A stretch of 64,000 nucleotides of DNA. Source: Octopus vulgaris (Eukaryota). Where the stretch lies: the NCBI GenBank assembly GCA_951406725.2, contig OX597818.1, positions 97,836,001-97,900,000 on the forward strand. Reading direction: 5' to 3'. Within the stretch, counting starts at the first letter, position 1. Each line of letters opens with the position of its first letter. The position numbers and the translations under genes were made by a program. Below are positions 14,294 to 27,341 of the stretch, one piece after another. A model generated the notes under the pieces. It did not search any database. It was not told the origin of the DNA and saw only the letters and a list, made by a program, of their open reading frames with translations.

Positions 14294-14700
14294 AGGCGCA
14301 GGGGTGGCTGTGTGGTAAGTAGCTTGCTAACCAACCACATGGTTCCGGGTTCAGTCCCACTGCGTGGCATCTTGGGCAAGTGTCTTCTGCTATAGCCCCG
14401 GGCCGACCAATGCCTTGTGAGTGGATTTGGTAGACGGAAACTGAAAGAAGCCTGTCGTATATATGTATATATATGTGTGTGTTTGTGTGTCTGTGTTTGT
14501 TCCCCTAGCATTACTTGGCAACCGATGCTGGTGTGTTTACGTCCCCGTAACTTAGCGGTTCGGCAAAAAGAGACCGATAGAATAAGTACTGGGCTTACAA
14601 AAAGAATGAGTCCCGGGGTCGAGTTGCTCGACTAAAAGGCGGTGCTCCAGCATGTCCGCAGTCAAAATGACTGAAACAAGTAAAAGAAAGAAAAAGAAAG
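14294..14700 (+). mobile_element. SINE family A
   Basis: ggcgcaggggtggctgtgtggtaag...tgactgaaacaagtaaaaga. Confidence 0.85.
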
Positions 14701-14748
<48 letters not shown>

Positions 14749-15122
14749 CGAGAATTTGAGGTTATAAGAGATAATGGTGTCATTGAGACCCAAAGGTGTC
14801 AGGTAATGCTGAATAAGTGTTATAGACAGACCATAGTTAAATTCCAGATTCGGTAATATTGCGAATAAGTGTTTCAACGTTGGTTCTATGTCAGTGTGTG
14901 TATATAAGAATTTTTTGCGTAATAAGATAAAAAACCAAAGCCTCCACCTCACTCTATATTTTGTATCACATCGAAACTAACTATAACTTAATTTTTCTTC
15001 TCACACCGTTTCCGATGAATGGATATTATTAATTAATATCCTAGAAACAGCTGTAAGACCTTCTATCTATAAATGCTCTGATATCTATACAGCCTTGGTT
15101 TTTTATCTTATTACGCAAAAAG

Positions 15123-15126
<4 letters not shown>
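14749..15126. mobile_element. Penelope-like terminal-repeat derivative (family P1), inverted two-part arrangement inside (TA)n
   Basis: Minus-oriented segment 14749-14941 joined to plus-oriented segment 14942-15126, which carries an HHR fold. Homologous to 18889-19183, 38706-39037 and 52115-52760. Confidence 0.65.
15008..15059 (+). ncRNA. Type-I hammerhead-like motif, CCGAUGA core
   Basis: gttt-ccgatga-a-tggatatta...taatatcct-a-gaaa-cagctg-ta-agac. Confidence 0.6.
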
Positions 15127-15176
<50 letters not shown>

Positions 15177-16312
15177 TGCGTGTGTTGTGTGTATGTGTGA
15201 ATGTGCGTGTGCACACGTTTGTGTGTCTCTTTGAATTTGTATTCTACTACCGTTGACAATCGGTGTTGTTTTGTTTACATTACTATAATCGAGCGAATAA
15301 GTCCTAGGGTTAAGAAATTAGTCCCGGGGTCGATTTCTTCGACTAAAATCCTTCAAGGCGGTGCTCCAGCATGGCCGCAGTCAAATGAGTGAAACAAATA
15401 AGAAAATAGAAGAAACTAGAAAATAAGAAAATAGAAGAAAAAAAGAATATGTATTGACATATATATATACACATAGGCGCGCGTGTGGTTGTGTGTAAGA
15501 AGTTTGTTTTCCAACTACGTGGTTCCGGGTTCAGTCGCAGTGCATGGCTCTGTGGGGAAGTGTTTTCTACTATAGCCTCGGGCCGACCAAAACCTTGTGA
15601 GTGGATCTGGTAGACGGAAATTGAAAGAAACCTGCAGTACACAGACACACACACACACACACACACAAACATATATGTATGTGTGTGTGTTTGTGTCTGC
15701 GTTTGTTCTCCACTATCGCTTGACAACCGGTGTTGGAGTGTCTACAACCCTGTAACTTAGCGGTTCGGCAAAAGAGCCCGTGTAAATAAGTACCAGGCTT
15801 CAAAAAAAAAAAAAAAAAAAAGAAAAAGAAAAGAAAAGAAAAAAAGAAAACGAAAAAATTTATACTGGGGTCGATTTACTCGTGCAAAGGTTTTTCAATG
15901 TGGTATCCCAGCATGGCCGCATTCTAATGAATGAAACGTGTAAAATGTAAAAAAATACATATACATACGTATATGTGTTTGTTTGTATACATACACACAC
16001 ATACACATTCACGCACATGAACGCACACTCACACATATATATATACACACACACACACACGATATGATATGTCGCTAGAATATTTAGTGACGTATTACCT
16101 AAAAGAATAATCGGAAGTGTATTATCTGACGAAATTGTGCTTCATAAAAACACGAACTTGCATAATGTTGCATGAGTTTACATAATGTAATATGTTCTGA
16201 ATAAATACGCTATGGAGACTTGTATAGTACTAATTTAACAGCCCATTCATTTTATTCTTATTACTATGTATGTATGCTTGTATGTATGTATGAATGTATG
16301 TATGTATATATT

Positions 16313-16850
16313 ATGTCAGGTCACTTTCGAGTGCTACTGGTAACATGTAACCCAGTACAAATTGTTGCAAGGTCGGGTCGTCGGCGACTAAACCGGCAAC
16401 CCCACCAAGCTTGCTTGGTGAGGAGGGTGTTTATTGGACACCCTGCGGGATGAAAAACAAAACCCGTCAAAGGGCGGAGGAACTCTTGAGAGTCAACGGC
16501 CATCCAATAAATGTCTTAAGGCTGTATCATGCGCAGGGACATAGAAATAATCGGACTGAATACCTGATCGCGCGGATTGGGAGTGAAGGACTCCTAGCCT
16601 TTGTTAGGGCATCGTTCTAGGAGAAGGTAACTCGGGTAACTGGAATAACTCCGACATAAAACCTACGGCTCAGTGGTTACCGATGATGTTGACTTGTTCT
16701 TCTTTTCGGATTATGGCTGCTGTTACTCAGTGAGTACATAGCCTTTCCGCACTTTAAAAAAAAATCTTCTTGCACAGGCATTGCACGATAACAACATTGA
16801 TTAAGCTTCGTGCAATGGCCATACTCGATAACGAGGGGGCAGCCACCATG
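16313..16850 (+). mobile_element. RTE-like non-autonomous retroelement with (ATGT)n tail
   Basis: Contains gcctttgttagggcatcgttctaggagaaggtaactc (resembles RTE 5' UTRs) and ends ggggcagccacc(atgt)n. Its 3' part recurs inverted at 38463-38705. Confidence 0.55.
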
Positions 16851-18019
16851 TATGTATGTATGTATGTATGTATGTATGTATGTATGTATGTATGTATGTA
16901 TGTATGTATGTATGTATGTATATGTGCAGATTTGTATGTTTTACTTTCTGTATGTATTTTCATGCGTATAGTTGTATATCTAGACATGCTCATATATATT
17001 TAGATATTCAATTGATAAACATCTGGGAAGTTTTACAGATTTTTACAGTTCCAGTGATGGATTGTATCTCTAGTCTTCGTGTAAGCTTTCTCCTTTCTGG
17101 TTTTGAGAAGCCTAATTTCACAAGATTGGTATTTAGGCAGTGTGTTACATATCTCAGGGCCTCGATAATTACAAGTATAAACCTGAACGTGTAATCTGCA
17201 TAGAATAACTGCAGATTTCTCAATAGTTCAGCGTATGTATGTATGTATGTATGTATGTATGTATGTATGTATGTATGTATGTATGTATGTATGTATGTAT
17301 GTGTGTATGTGTGTGTGTGTATGTATGTATGTATGTATGTATGTATGTATGTATGTATGTATGTATGTATGTATGTGTGTGTGTATGTATGTGTGTGTAT
17401 GTATGTATGTATGTATGTATGTATGTATCTATTTATCTATATAATAAATAAAAAAAATAAATGCGCCCTTTTAGAGCCTAGCCAGGCTCATGGGTCCGGT
17501 TTCCCGGTTTCTATGGTGTATGTGTTCCCCAGCTAGACGTGACACTAATCCATCGCAGTGTTACTCATTTTTGCCAGCTGAGTGGACTGGAGCAACGTGA
17601 AATAAGGTGTTTTGCTCAAGAACACAACGCGATCATGATGATGACACTCTAACCACTAAGCCACATGCCTCCACATATCTATCTATATACTTCTATATAT
17701 ACATACATGTCTATATAGTGGGTGCCGACATACACTCACCATACGTACACATACATTATACATGTAATCATATTTTATTTTCTATAGTAAAATTTCAAGG
17801 TTCTTCGACGTTTCCTTCCTCTTACTTTCTGGATGAAGTGTTTTCTTACCAATGTATGAATTACGACAGAAAGTCCTGTCGCATTTTTGACATGATTCCT
17901 TTGAGAGTACCTTTTTAATACTTACAGTAAAATATGCATTAAGTTTTACATTCTGATAGGTGTTTTTCTTTCTTTGCAGATTACCATAGTGGCTAAATGC
18001 GTATCAATTTGACTCTATT

Positions 18020-18850
18020 AAAATGAGTTTACATCAGACTTATAATTGGCATATGTTGTATGAATTCAGACGGCAGCGCTCTTCAGCAGTAGAAATGACA
18101 ATAAATATTTAAGTCTCGGGACATATTAACGATGGTTTGGTCAGTTTCCCTTGGGAATTTTTTTTCTCTTACAGATTCCTCTTGATCTGGATGAAACTGA
18201 GCTTCTGAAAACCGTCGTTAAGGAACAACCAAAGTAAACTGAACGAGAATTAGCTAACAGTCCAATTCGACTTACACTTCGATTAGAAAACAGCTTCATA
18301 AACTAGGAATAATTGTTTAAACTTCGTCAGTGGATCCCTAATCATCTGATAGCTTCTTAGCTTAATCAAAGTGTTGTCCTCTGCTCGGTTTTGAAAAGTA
18401 GACTTGCTACCGAAGAATCTCTGAGTAGAACCATCACCGTTGATTAAATGTGGGTTCTCTATAAGCATATCCAGCAAAAAACGACAATCGTTAGCACATA
18501 ATGATAGAAAAGAATCCATCTCTAGGCTCATAAAAGGTTATGCTCTGTGTTTTGTGGCATATGAGGGGTATCGTGTATCATTAAGTTTTAAACCAAAATA
18601 GAACCATTAATGTGAAGCATTGTCATACGTCCAAAGCATTGCACGAAAGTTTTCAGAAAAAACAACAACCATTATTGCTCAATCGTAAAAGGGTGTCGCT
18701 TTTACATGATAGTACAAGACCATATATTGCTCATGTCACTAACGTAAAGATAATGGCACTAAAAATATTGAAGTTTTGCCTACTGCCCTGACCTTGATCC
18801 ATTTAGAAGGAAAACATTTTGTCTATTGTGAAAAGGTCATAAATGATATT
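18020..18850 (+). pseudogene. Decayed mariner (DD34D) transposase
   Basis: Motif fragments QWIPNHL (WVPHEL), TITVD*MWVLY (TGDEKW), KVMLCVLWHMRGIVYH*VLNQNRTIN, RKRVSLLHDSTRPY (HDNARPH) and YCPDLDP (YSPDLAP). Contains stops and frameshifts. Confidence 0.85.
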
Positions 18851-18854
18851 CAAT

Positions 18855-18888
<34 letters not shown>

Positions 18889-18891
<3 letters not shown>

Positions 18892-19183
18892 AGAAGTTGA
18901 GGTTATAAAAGATAATGGTGTCATTGAGACCCAAAGGTGTCAGGTAATGCTGAATAAGTGCTATAGACAGACCATAGTTAAGTTCCAGATTCGGTAATAT
19001 TGCGAATAAAGGGTTCAACGTTGGTTCTATGTCAGCGTTTGTATATAAGAATTTTTTTGCGTAATAAGATAAAAAAACCCAAGGCTGTATAGATATTAGA
19101 GCATTTATAGATATCTCTAAATGCTTTAATATCTATACAGCCTTGGTTTTTTTTATCTTCTTACGCAAAAATTTCTTATATAT
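18889..19183. mobile_element. Family P1 fragment ending in a fold-back
   Basis: Same sequence as 14749-14941, continuing into a palindrome centred on gatatc at 19110-19115. (TA)n on both sides. Confidence 0.65.
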
Positions 19184-19518
19184 ATATATATATCAGAAAT
19201 ACTAAATTTCTAAATCTCTCGTAGAGACATGTACGGTGGTGGGGCGATAGAATGGTTGTATACTGTCAATCTAACACGAACGTGACAGTAGGTGGGGTAC
19301 ACCATCGCTGTTTTAGCCCTAGGAAGCATCGACGCCTCCTGGTGTCAAAGCCATCAGGAGGCGTCGATGCTTCCTAGGGCTAAAACAGCGGTGGTGTACC
19401 CCCCTACTGTCACGTTCGTGTTAGATTGACAGTATACAACCATTCTATCGCCCCACCACCGTACATGTCTCTACGAGAGATTTAGAAATTTAGTATTTCT
19501 GATATATATATATATATA
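19177..19518. repeat. Near-perfect long inverted repeat (about 150-165 bp arms, 13-nt spacer) in (TA)n
   Basis: tcagaaatactaaa...gacgcctcctg [gtgtcaaagccat] caggaggcgtc...tttagtatttctga. I saw one indel and one substitution between the arms. Confidence 0.95.
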
Positions 19519-20332
19519 AATTTATATAAATAAGGATAAGATCGTTATTTAAAATACCGATCATAGCAAGTGGCTAGCATGGAAATAAAAAACTCATAGG
19601 TAATAATTATTATCAAAATTATAATTAAGGGTATCTAAAAGATACCATCATGCTAGATATAGCAGCCAAAACTTGACTCTAAAACCACATCAAATATTCA
19701 TACAGCACCGGGAGAGAAGACAAAGAGACATAATAAACTAGCAAAAGATAGCTTCTGTTCACATTTTTTACTAATCTACTTCACTCCTTACTGGTCATTC
19801 ATTGATCTATACATCTCTTAACACAAGATATTAACGTATTGATTTTGTATATCGCTCTTTACAACGTATATCAAAAGATATATAGATAGCTACAAAAATA
19901 CATAATACATACATACACACACACACATACATACATACATACATACATACATACATACATACATCTATACATGCATGCATACATACATGCATGCATACAT
20001 ACATACATACATACATACATGCATGCATACATACATACATACATACATACATACATACATACATACATACATTCATACTTATGTATATAGATACATATAC
20101 GCAGGCATATTTAGTGCCAAGTTTACAGTATAAAAAATATGAAAAAGTCATGAAACAGAAGGAACAGCAAAAGGAAAGTGCGCGCACGCGCGTGCACACA
20201 CACATTCACACACACGAACACACACATAGACACGCATATACAAACACATACATATGTATGATATATGTAAGGGTGTGTATTTGCAAATGTATATATATGT
20301 ACAGTTGTGTTTTCACGCACGCCTGTATATGA

Positions 20333-20387
<55 letters not shown>

Positions 20388-20389
20388 AT

Positions 20390-20769
20390 ACTCTTTTACT
20401 CTTTTACTTGTGCGGTCATTTGACTGCGGCCATACTGGAGCACCGCCTTTAGTCGAGCAAATCTACCCCAGGACTTATTCTTTGTAAGCCTAATACTTAT
20501 TCTATCGGTCTCTCTTTGCCGAACCGCTATGTTACGGGGACGTAAATACACCACAATCGGTTGTCAAGCGATGTTGGGGAGACAAACACAAACACACAAA
20601 CATATATACATATATACGATGGGCTTCTTCCAGTTTCCCTCTACCAAATCCACTCACAAGGATCTGGTCGACCCGAGGCTATAGTAGAAGACACTTGCCC
20701 AAGGTGCCAGGCAGTGGGAATGAACCTGGAACCATGTGGTTGGTAAGCAAGCTACTTGCCACACAGCCG

Positions 20770-20772
<3 letters not shown>
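20390..20772 (-). mobile_element. SINE family A
   Basis: Family-A body on the minus strand. Confidence 0.8.
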
Positions 20773-20812
<40 letters not shown>

Positions 20813-20817
<5 letters not shown>

Positions 20818-23800
20818 TTCGATCCTTCTTCCAGGAAATCTACGCTTCCAGCTTAGTTTTTCTAATGCTCGTTGCTTGGTTTTTCTTGGAGGGCTGGCCG
20901 TGATCTAGTAATCTCAAGATTAATCAGCCGAAATTACTACGATGATCCGGTTCTTGACTGAAGACTGAGGGTTTCGAATGTCCTGTCCGTGTTTATTGTG
21001 TCGTCTTCTAAGAGTTATACGTTCTTGTCCATGTTGTATTTTTCTACATACCTTAACATATATTCCAGGCGCCCCGTACCCCCCTTAACATTTATGTGAG
21101 CACATATTCTTAATAATTGGTACGACTCTCTGTTTGTCTCTCTCTCTCTCTCATTTTTACTTGATCTGTCCCCTCTCTCTCTTTTCTCTCTACTCATCCT
21201 CTTTTTCTCTTCTCTTTCCTCTGATTCTTTGGTCTAGTCTTCCACTACCCTCCTATTTCTTTGTCTCGCTCTGCACTCACAGGTCATTCTTCGACACCCA
21301 TCCCTTCTCCTCTCTGATTCCTTCTTTCTCTCTCTTCTCTCTCTTTGTTGCGTTTGTCCCTCCTCTCTCTCTCTCTTCCTTTGCTTCTCTTTCTTTTCTT
21401 TTCCCTCTTCTCTGTCACGTGACTGTTGGCCGAAATCTGCCTTTCAGCCTCTGACCCTCGTTCTGTTAACATCGCTGTTTTCGTCCGCCACTATAAAGGC
21501 TTTTTCCATTGCGCCAGAGAAAAAATTTGTTTGCTTGTTATCAGTCGTAAGACACTGTTGTTTTCACCGTTAATGCTTCTGTATTTCATGTTTCTGTATT
21601 CCATTATTGTTTTTTGTTTTTTTATATCTGTCCCTTTTGCTGTCCTGGTGTTCGTATGCATTCGATCCTTCTTCCAGGAAATCTACGCTTCCAGCTTAGT
21701 TTTTCTAATGCTCGTTGCTTGGTTTTTCTTGGAGGGCTGGCCGTGATCTAGTAATCTCAAGATTAATCAGCCGAAATTACTACGATGATCCGGTTCTTGA
21801 CTGAAGACTGAGGGTTTCGAATGTCCTGTCCGTGTTTATTGTGTCGTCTTCTAAGAGTTATACGTTCTTGTCCATGTTGTATTTTTCTACATACCTTAAC
21901 ATATATTCCAGGCGCCCCGTACCCCCCTTAACATTTATGTGAGCACATATTCTTAATAATTGGTACGACTCTCTGTTTGTCTCTCTCTCTCTCTCATTTT
22001 TACTTGATCTGTCCCCCTCTCTCTCTTTTCTCTCTACTCATCCTCTTTTTCTCTTCTCTTTCCTCTGATTCTTTGGTCTAGTCTTCCACTACCCTCCTAT
22101 TTCTTTGTCTCGCTCTGCACTCACAGGTCATTCTTCGACACCCATCCCTTCTCCTCTCTGATTCCTTCTTTCTCTCTCTTCTCTCTCTTTGTTGCGTTTG
22201 TCCCTCCTCTCTCTCTCTCTTCCTTTGCTTCTCTTTCTTTTCTTTTCCCTCTTCTCTGTCACGTGACTGTTGGCCGAAATCTGCCTTTCAGCCTCTGACC
22301 CTCGTTCTGTTAACATCGCTGTTTTCGTCCGCCACTATAAAGGCTTTTTCCATTGCGCCAGAGAAAAAATTTGTTTGCTTGTTATCAGTCGTAAGACACT
22401 GTTGTTTTCACCGTTAATGCTTCTGTATTTCATGTTTCTGTATTCCATTATTGTTTTTTGTTTTTTTATATCTGTCCCTTTTGCTGTCCTGGTGTTCGTA
22501 TGCATTCGATCCTTCTTCCAGGAAATCTACGCTTCCAGCTTAGTTTTTCTAATGCTCGTTGCTTGGTTTTTCTTGGAGGGCTGGCCGTGATCTAGTAATC
22601 TCAAGATTAATCAGCCGAAATTACTACGATGATCCGGTTCTTGACTGAAGACTGAGGGTTTCGAATGTCCTGTCCGTGTTTATTGTGTCGTCTTCTAAGA
22701 GTTATACGTTCTTGTCCATGTTGTATTTTTCTACATACCTTAACATATATTCCAGGCGCCCCGTACCCCCCTTAACATTTATGTGAGCACATATTCTTAA
22801 TAATTGGTACGACTCTCTGTTTGTCTCTCTCTCTCTCTCATTTTTACTTGATCTGTCCCCCTCTCTCTCTTTTCTCTCTACTCATCCTCTTTTTCTCTTC
22901 TCTTTCCTCTGATTCTTTGGTCTAGTCTTCCACTACCCTCCTATTTCTTTGTCTCGCTCTGCACTCACAGGTCATTCTTCGACACCCATCCCTTCTCCTC
23001 TCTGATTCCTTCTTTCTCTCTCTTCTCTCTCTTTGTTGCGTTTGTCCCTCCTCTCTCTCTCTCTTCCTTTGCTTCTCTTTCTTTTCTTTTCCCTCTTCTC
23101 TGTCACGTGACTGTTGGCCGAAATCTGCCTTTCAGCCTCTGACCCTCGTTCTGTTAACATCGCTGTTTTCGTCCGCCACTATAAAGGCTTTTTCCATTGC
23201 GCCAGAGAAAAAATTTGTTTGCTTGTTATCAGTCGTAAGACACTGTTGTTTTCACCGTTAATGCTTCTGTATTTCATGTTTCTGTATTCCATTATTGTTT
23301 TTTGTTTTTTTATATCTGTCCCTTTTGCTGTCCTGGTGTTCGTATGCATTCGATCCTTCTTCCAGGAAATCTACGCTTCCAGCTTAGTTTTTCTAATGCT
23401 CGTTGCTTGGTTTTTCTTGGAGGGCTGGCCGTGATCTAGTAATCTCAAGATTAATCAGCCGAAATTACTACGATGATCCGGTTCTTGACTGAAGACTGAG
23501 GGTTTCGAATGTCCTGTCCGTGTTTATTGTGTCGTCTTCTAAGAGTTATACGTTCTTGTCCATGTTGTATTTTTCTACATACCTTAACATATATTCCAGG
23601 CGCCCCGTACCCCCCTTAACATTTATGTGAGCACATATTCTTAATAATTGGTACGACTCTCTGTTTGTCTCTCTCTCTCTCTCATTTTTACTTGATCTGT
23701 CCCCCTCTCTCTCTTTTCTCTCTACTCATCCTCTTTTTCTCTTCTCTTTCCTCTGATTCTTTGGTCTAGTCTTCCACTACCCTCCTATTTCTTTGTCTCG

Positions 23801-24427
23801 CTCTGCACTCACAGGTCATTCTTCGACACCCATCCCTTCTCCTCTCTGATTCCTTCTTTCTCTCTCTTCTCTCTCTTTGTTGCGTTTGTCCCTCCTCTCT
23901 CTCTCTCTTCCTTTGCTTCTCTTTCTTTTCTTTTCCCTCTTCTCTGTCACGTGACTGTTGGCCGAAATCTGCCTTTCAGCCTCTGACCCTCGTTCTGTTA
24001 ACATCGCTGTTTTCGTCCGCCACTATAAAGGCTTTTTCCATTGCGCCAGAGAAAAAATTTGTTTGCTTGTTATCAGTCGTAAGACACTGTTGTTTTCACC
24101 GTTAATGCTTCTGTATTTCATGTTTCTGTATTCCATTATTGTTTTTTGTTTTTTTATATCTGTCCCTTTTGCTGTCCTGGTGTTCGTATGCATTCGATCC
24201 TTCTTCCAGGAAATCTACGCTTCCAGCTTAGTTTTTCTAATGCTCGTTGCTTGGTTTTTCTTGGAGGGCTGGCCGTGATCTAGTAATCTCAAGATTAATC
24301 AGCCGAAATTACTACGATGATCCGGTTCTTGACTGAAGACTGAGGGTTTCGAATGTCCTGTCCGTGTTTATTGTGTCGTCTTCTAAGAGTTATACGTTCT
24401 TGTCCATGTTGTATTTTTCTACATACC

Positions 24428-24431
<4 letters not shown>
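20813..24431. repeat. Tandem array of an 844-bp unit, about 4.3 copies, inserted in (TA)n
   Basis: gatccttcttccagg recurs at 20821, 21664, 22508, 23352 and 24196. The ORF track repeats every 844 bp. (TA)n flanks on both sides. Confidence 0.97.
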
Positions 24432-24464
<33 letters not shown>

Positions 24465-25109
24465 AGAGATGGTGAGAGAGAGAGAGAGAGACAGAGAAGG
24501 AGAGATAGATAGATAGACAGAGAGGGAAAGAGAGAGAGAGAGAGAGAAATGGGGGAGAGAAGGACAGAGAGGGGGAGAGATTAAAACTAGAAATAGAGTG
24601 TCGAAGGCTGGAATGAACTGGTATATGGAGGTAAAAACAAAAACAAACAAAATATAAATATGCAAGAAGTACAAGAAAGCAAAAACAAAACACTATAATA
24701 AGCAAGGACAAAAAAATAGCAACAACAGCAACAACAAAAGACAACAAAAGACAACAAGTCTATAACGATGACAAGAATTGTGGGGAAAGAAAGCTGGATT
24801 CGTTCCGCAGAATAAATGGTGCACGCTTGATTTGCTGCAGTTGTTTTTTTTTTCTTTGACATGCTTGACTGCACCGGCTGGCTTTAAGAAAGGGTCGTTT
24901 TTCTGTCGGTACCCGTTAGCTTCTCATTAGCGAGTAACCGTTTATTATGTAGGGGCGGCCATAGCGAACAATAAATAAATAAATAAATAAATAAAAAATA
25001 AATATAAAAAAGGAAATAAAATGAAATAAGGCGAAAATAAATAAATAAAAAATATAAAAGTGTCCGGGCAAACCGGCATCGATTTGATAATAACATTAAC
25101 ATTAATATC

Positions 25110-25700
25110 AACAACAATTATAATTGTTGCCGTCTTCATCATCATCGTCGTCGTCGTCGTCATCATCATCATCATCATCGTCATCTAAACCAACATTATT
25201 GTCGTCGTCATCATTATCATCATCACCACCACCACCACCACCATCACCACCACCACAGTCGTTATCGTCATCATCATCGTCATTATCATCATCATCATCG
25301 TTATCATCATCATCGTCATCTACATCATCATCATCGTTGTCATCATCATCGTCATCTACATCATCGTAGTCGTCATCGTTATCATCATCGCCGCCACGAC
25401 TACTACCACTACCAGCACCATAACCATCGTCGTCGTCGTCCTCGTCCCTCTACTCCTCCTCCTCATCATCATCATCATCCTCGCCATCATCATATTAAGC
25501 CTTATCATTATCATCATCGTCGAAGCGCGATCATGATCATCATCACCACCACCAACACCACCACCACCGTTACCTTCATCATCACCAACACAGTCATCAT
25601 AATGATCATCATCATCATAATCATCATCATCATAATCATCATCATCATAACTACCAGCCAGATTATCATCATCATCTTCGGCTTTCGTCGTCATCAACCT
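25110..25700. repeat. Degenerate (CAT/CGT/CAC)n trinucleotide region
   Basis: catcatcat, cgtcgt and caccac mosaics. Confidence 0.9.
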
Positions 25701-25949
25701 GATCGCGGTTGCCGGACATATTTCATTTGAGATTTGTCCTAAACGCTGGCACACTGATTGTCACTCATTCACCGCCCACAGCCGACTCCTGGTGGTGTAC
25801 ATACAAATTAATATGGAACTAACGTTAAATCACTCGCACCGAGCGCGCACACACACTCACACACTCACATACACATGCATAGGCGACTCCATATTTCTAG
25901 CTATCTAGCTATCTGTCTGTCTGTTTGTCTCTGTGTTTGTGATTGTGTC

Positions 25950-26370
25950 TTTTAGTCTTTTAGTCTTTTACTTGTTTCAGTCATCTGACTGCTGCCATAC
26001 TGGAGCACCGCCTTTAGTCAAGCAAATCGACCTCAGGACTTATTCTTTGTAAGCCTAGTACTTATTCTATCGGTCTTTTTTACCGAACCGCTGGGTTACG
26101 GGGACGTAAATACACCAGCATCGGTTATCAAGCGATGTTTGAGGGGGCTGGGGGATAAACACAGACATACATATGCACACACATACATGAATAAATATAC
26201 ATATATACGACGGGCTTCTTTCAGTTTCTGTCTACCAAATCGACTCACAAGGCTTTGGCCCGAGGCTATAGTAGAAGACACTGCCCAAGGTGCCACGCAG
26301 AGGGAATGAACCTGCAACAACCATGTGGTTGGTAAGCAGGCTACTTACCACACAGCCACTCCTGCGCCTA
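25950..26370 (-). mobile_element. SINE family A
   Basis: Family-A body ending cacagccactcctgcgcct. Confidence 0.8.
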
Positions 26371-26402
26371 TCAGTGCGTATGTATGAATGCATATGTGTG
26401 TG

Positions 26403-26451
<49 letters not shown>

Positions 26452-26530
26452 GTATGTATATATATGTATATATATATACACATACACACATATATATATA
26501 CACATATATATATATATACATAAATATATG

Positions 26531-26574
<44 letters not shown>

Positions 26575-26602
26575 TGTATATAATATATACATGCATATAC
26601 AA

Positions 26603-26661
<59 letters not shown>

Positions 26662-27043
26662 TATATATATTATATATATGTGCGTGTGTGTGTGTGTATG
26701 TGTGGCTGCTATTTCCAGCAGGTCGAGTGACCATATGAAAGCAGGCTCATTCGGTGATTGGGTACCCTAACATTGGCTGCAGTTACAGATTTTATGTATT
26801 ATTCTCTGTTAATTTTCTGTGTAATTGTCACGTGTTCTGGCTGTCATCACCTCCCCTCCCATTCATGACATGCTTCACGGTGTATGTGTATGTATATATG
26901 TGTGTACCTGTTTGTGTATATGCGTATGAATATATCATCTAAGTACTATGATGTGTGCTCCAGTTTCTTACTATATGCGTTTCTTCTTCTTCTCCTTCTT
27001 CTTCTTCTTCTTCTTCTTCTTCTTCTTCTTCTCTCCTCCTCCT

Positions 27044-27075
<32 letters not shown>

Positions 27076-27263
27076 TTCTTCTTCTTCTTCTTCTTCTTCT
27101 TCTTCTTCTTTTTCTTCCTCCTTCCCCTCCTCCTCCTCCTTCCTCTTCTTCTTCCTTTTTTCTTTCTTTTCTTTCTTTCTTTTTTCTCTCCCTCGTCCTC
27201 CTCCTCCCCATCATCATCATTATCATCATTATTGTTGTTGTTGTTGTTGTTGTTGTTGTTCTT

Positions 27264-27341
<78 letters not shown>

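Noticed and set aside
20958-20985. ctgaaga...tcgaat in the 844-bp unit as a hammerhead
   Set aside because: No stem II pairing, and GAAU instead of GAAA; helices I and III cannot be drawn.
21426-21746. 106-aa hydrophobic ORF repeated four times
   Set aside because: Non-ATG start. Hydrophobicity follows from the T-rich strand, and identity among copies reflects the recent duplication, not selection.
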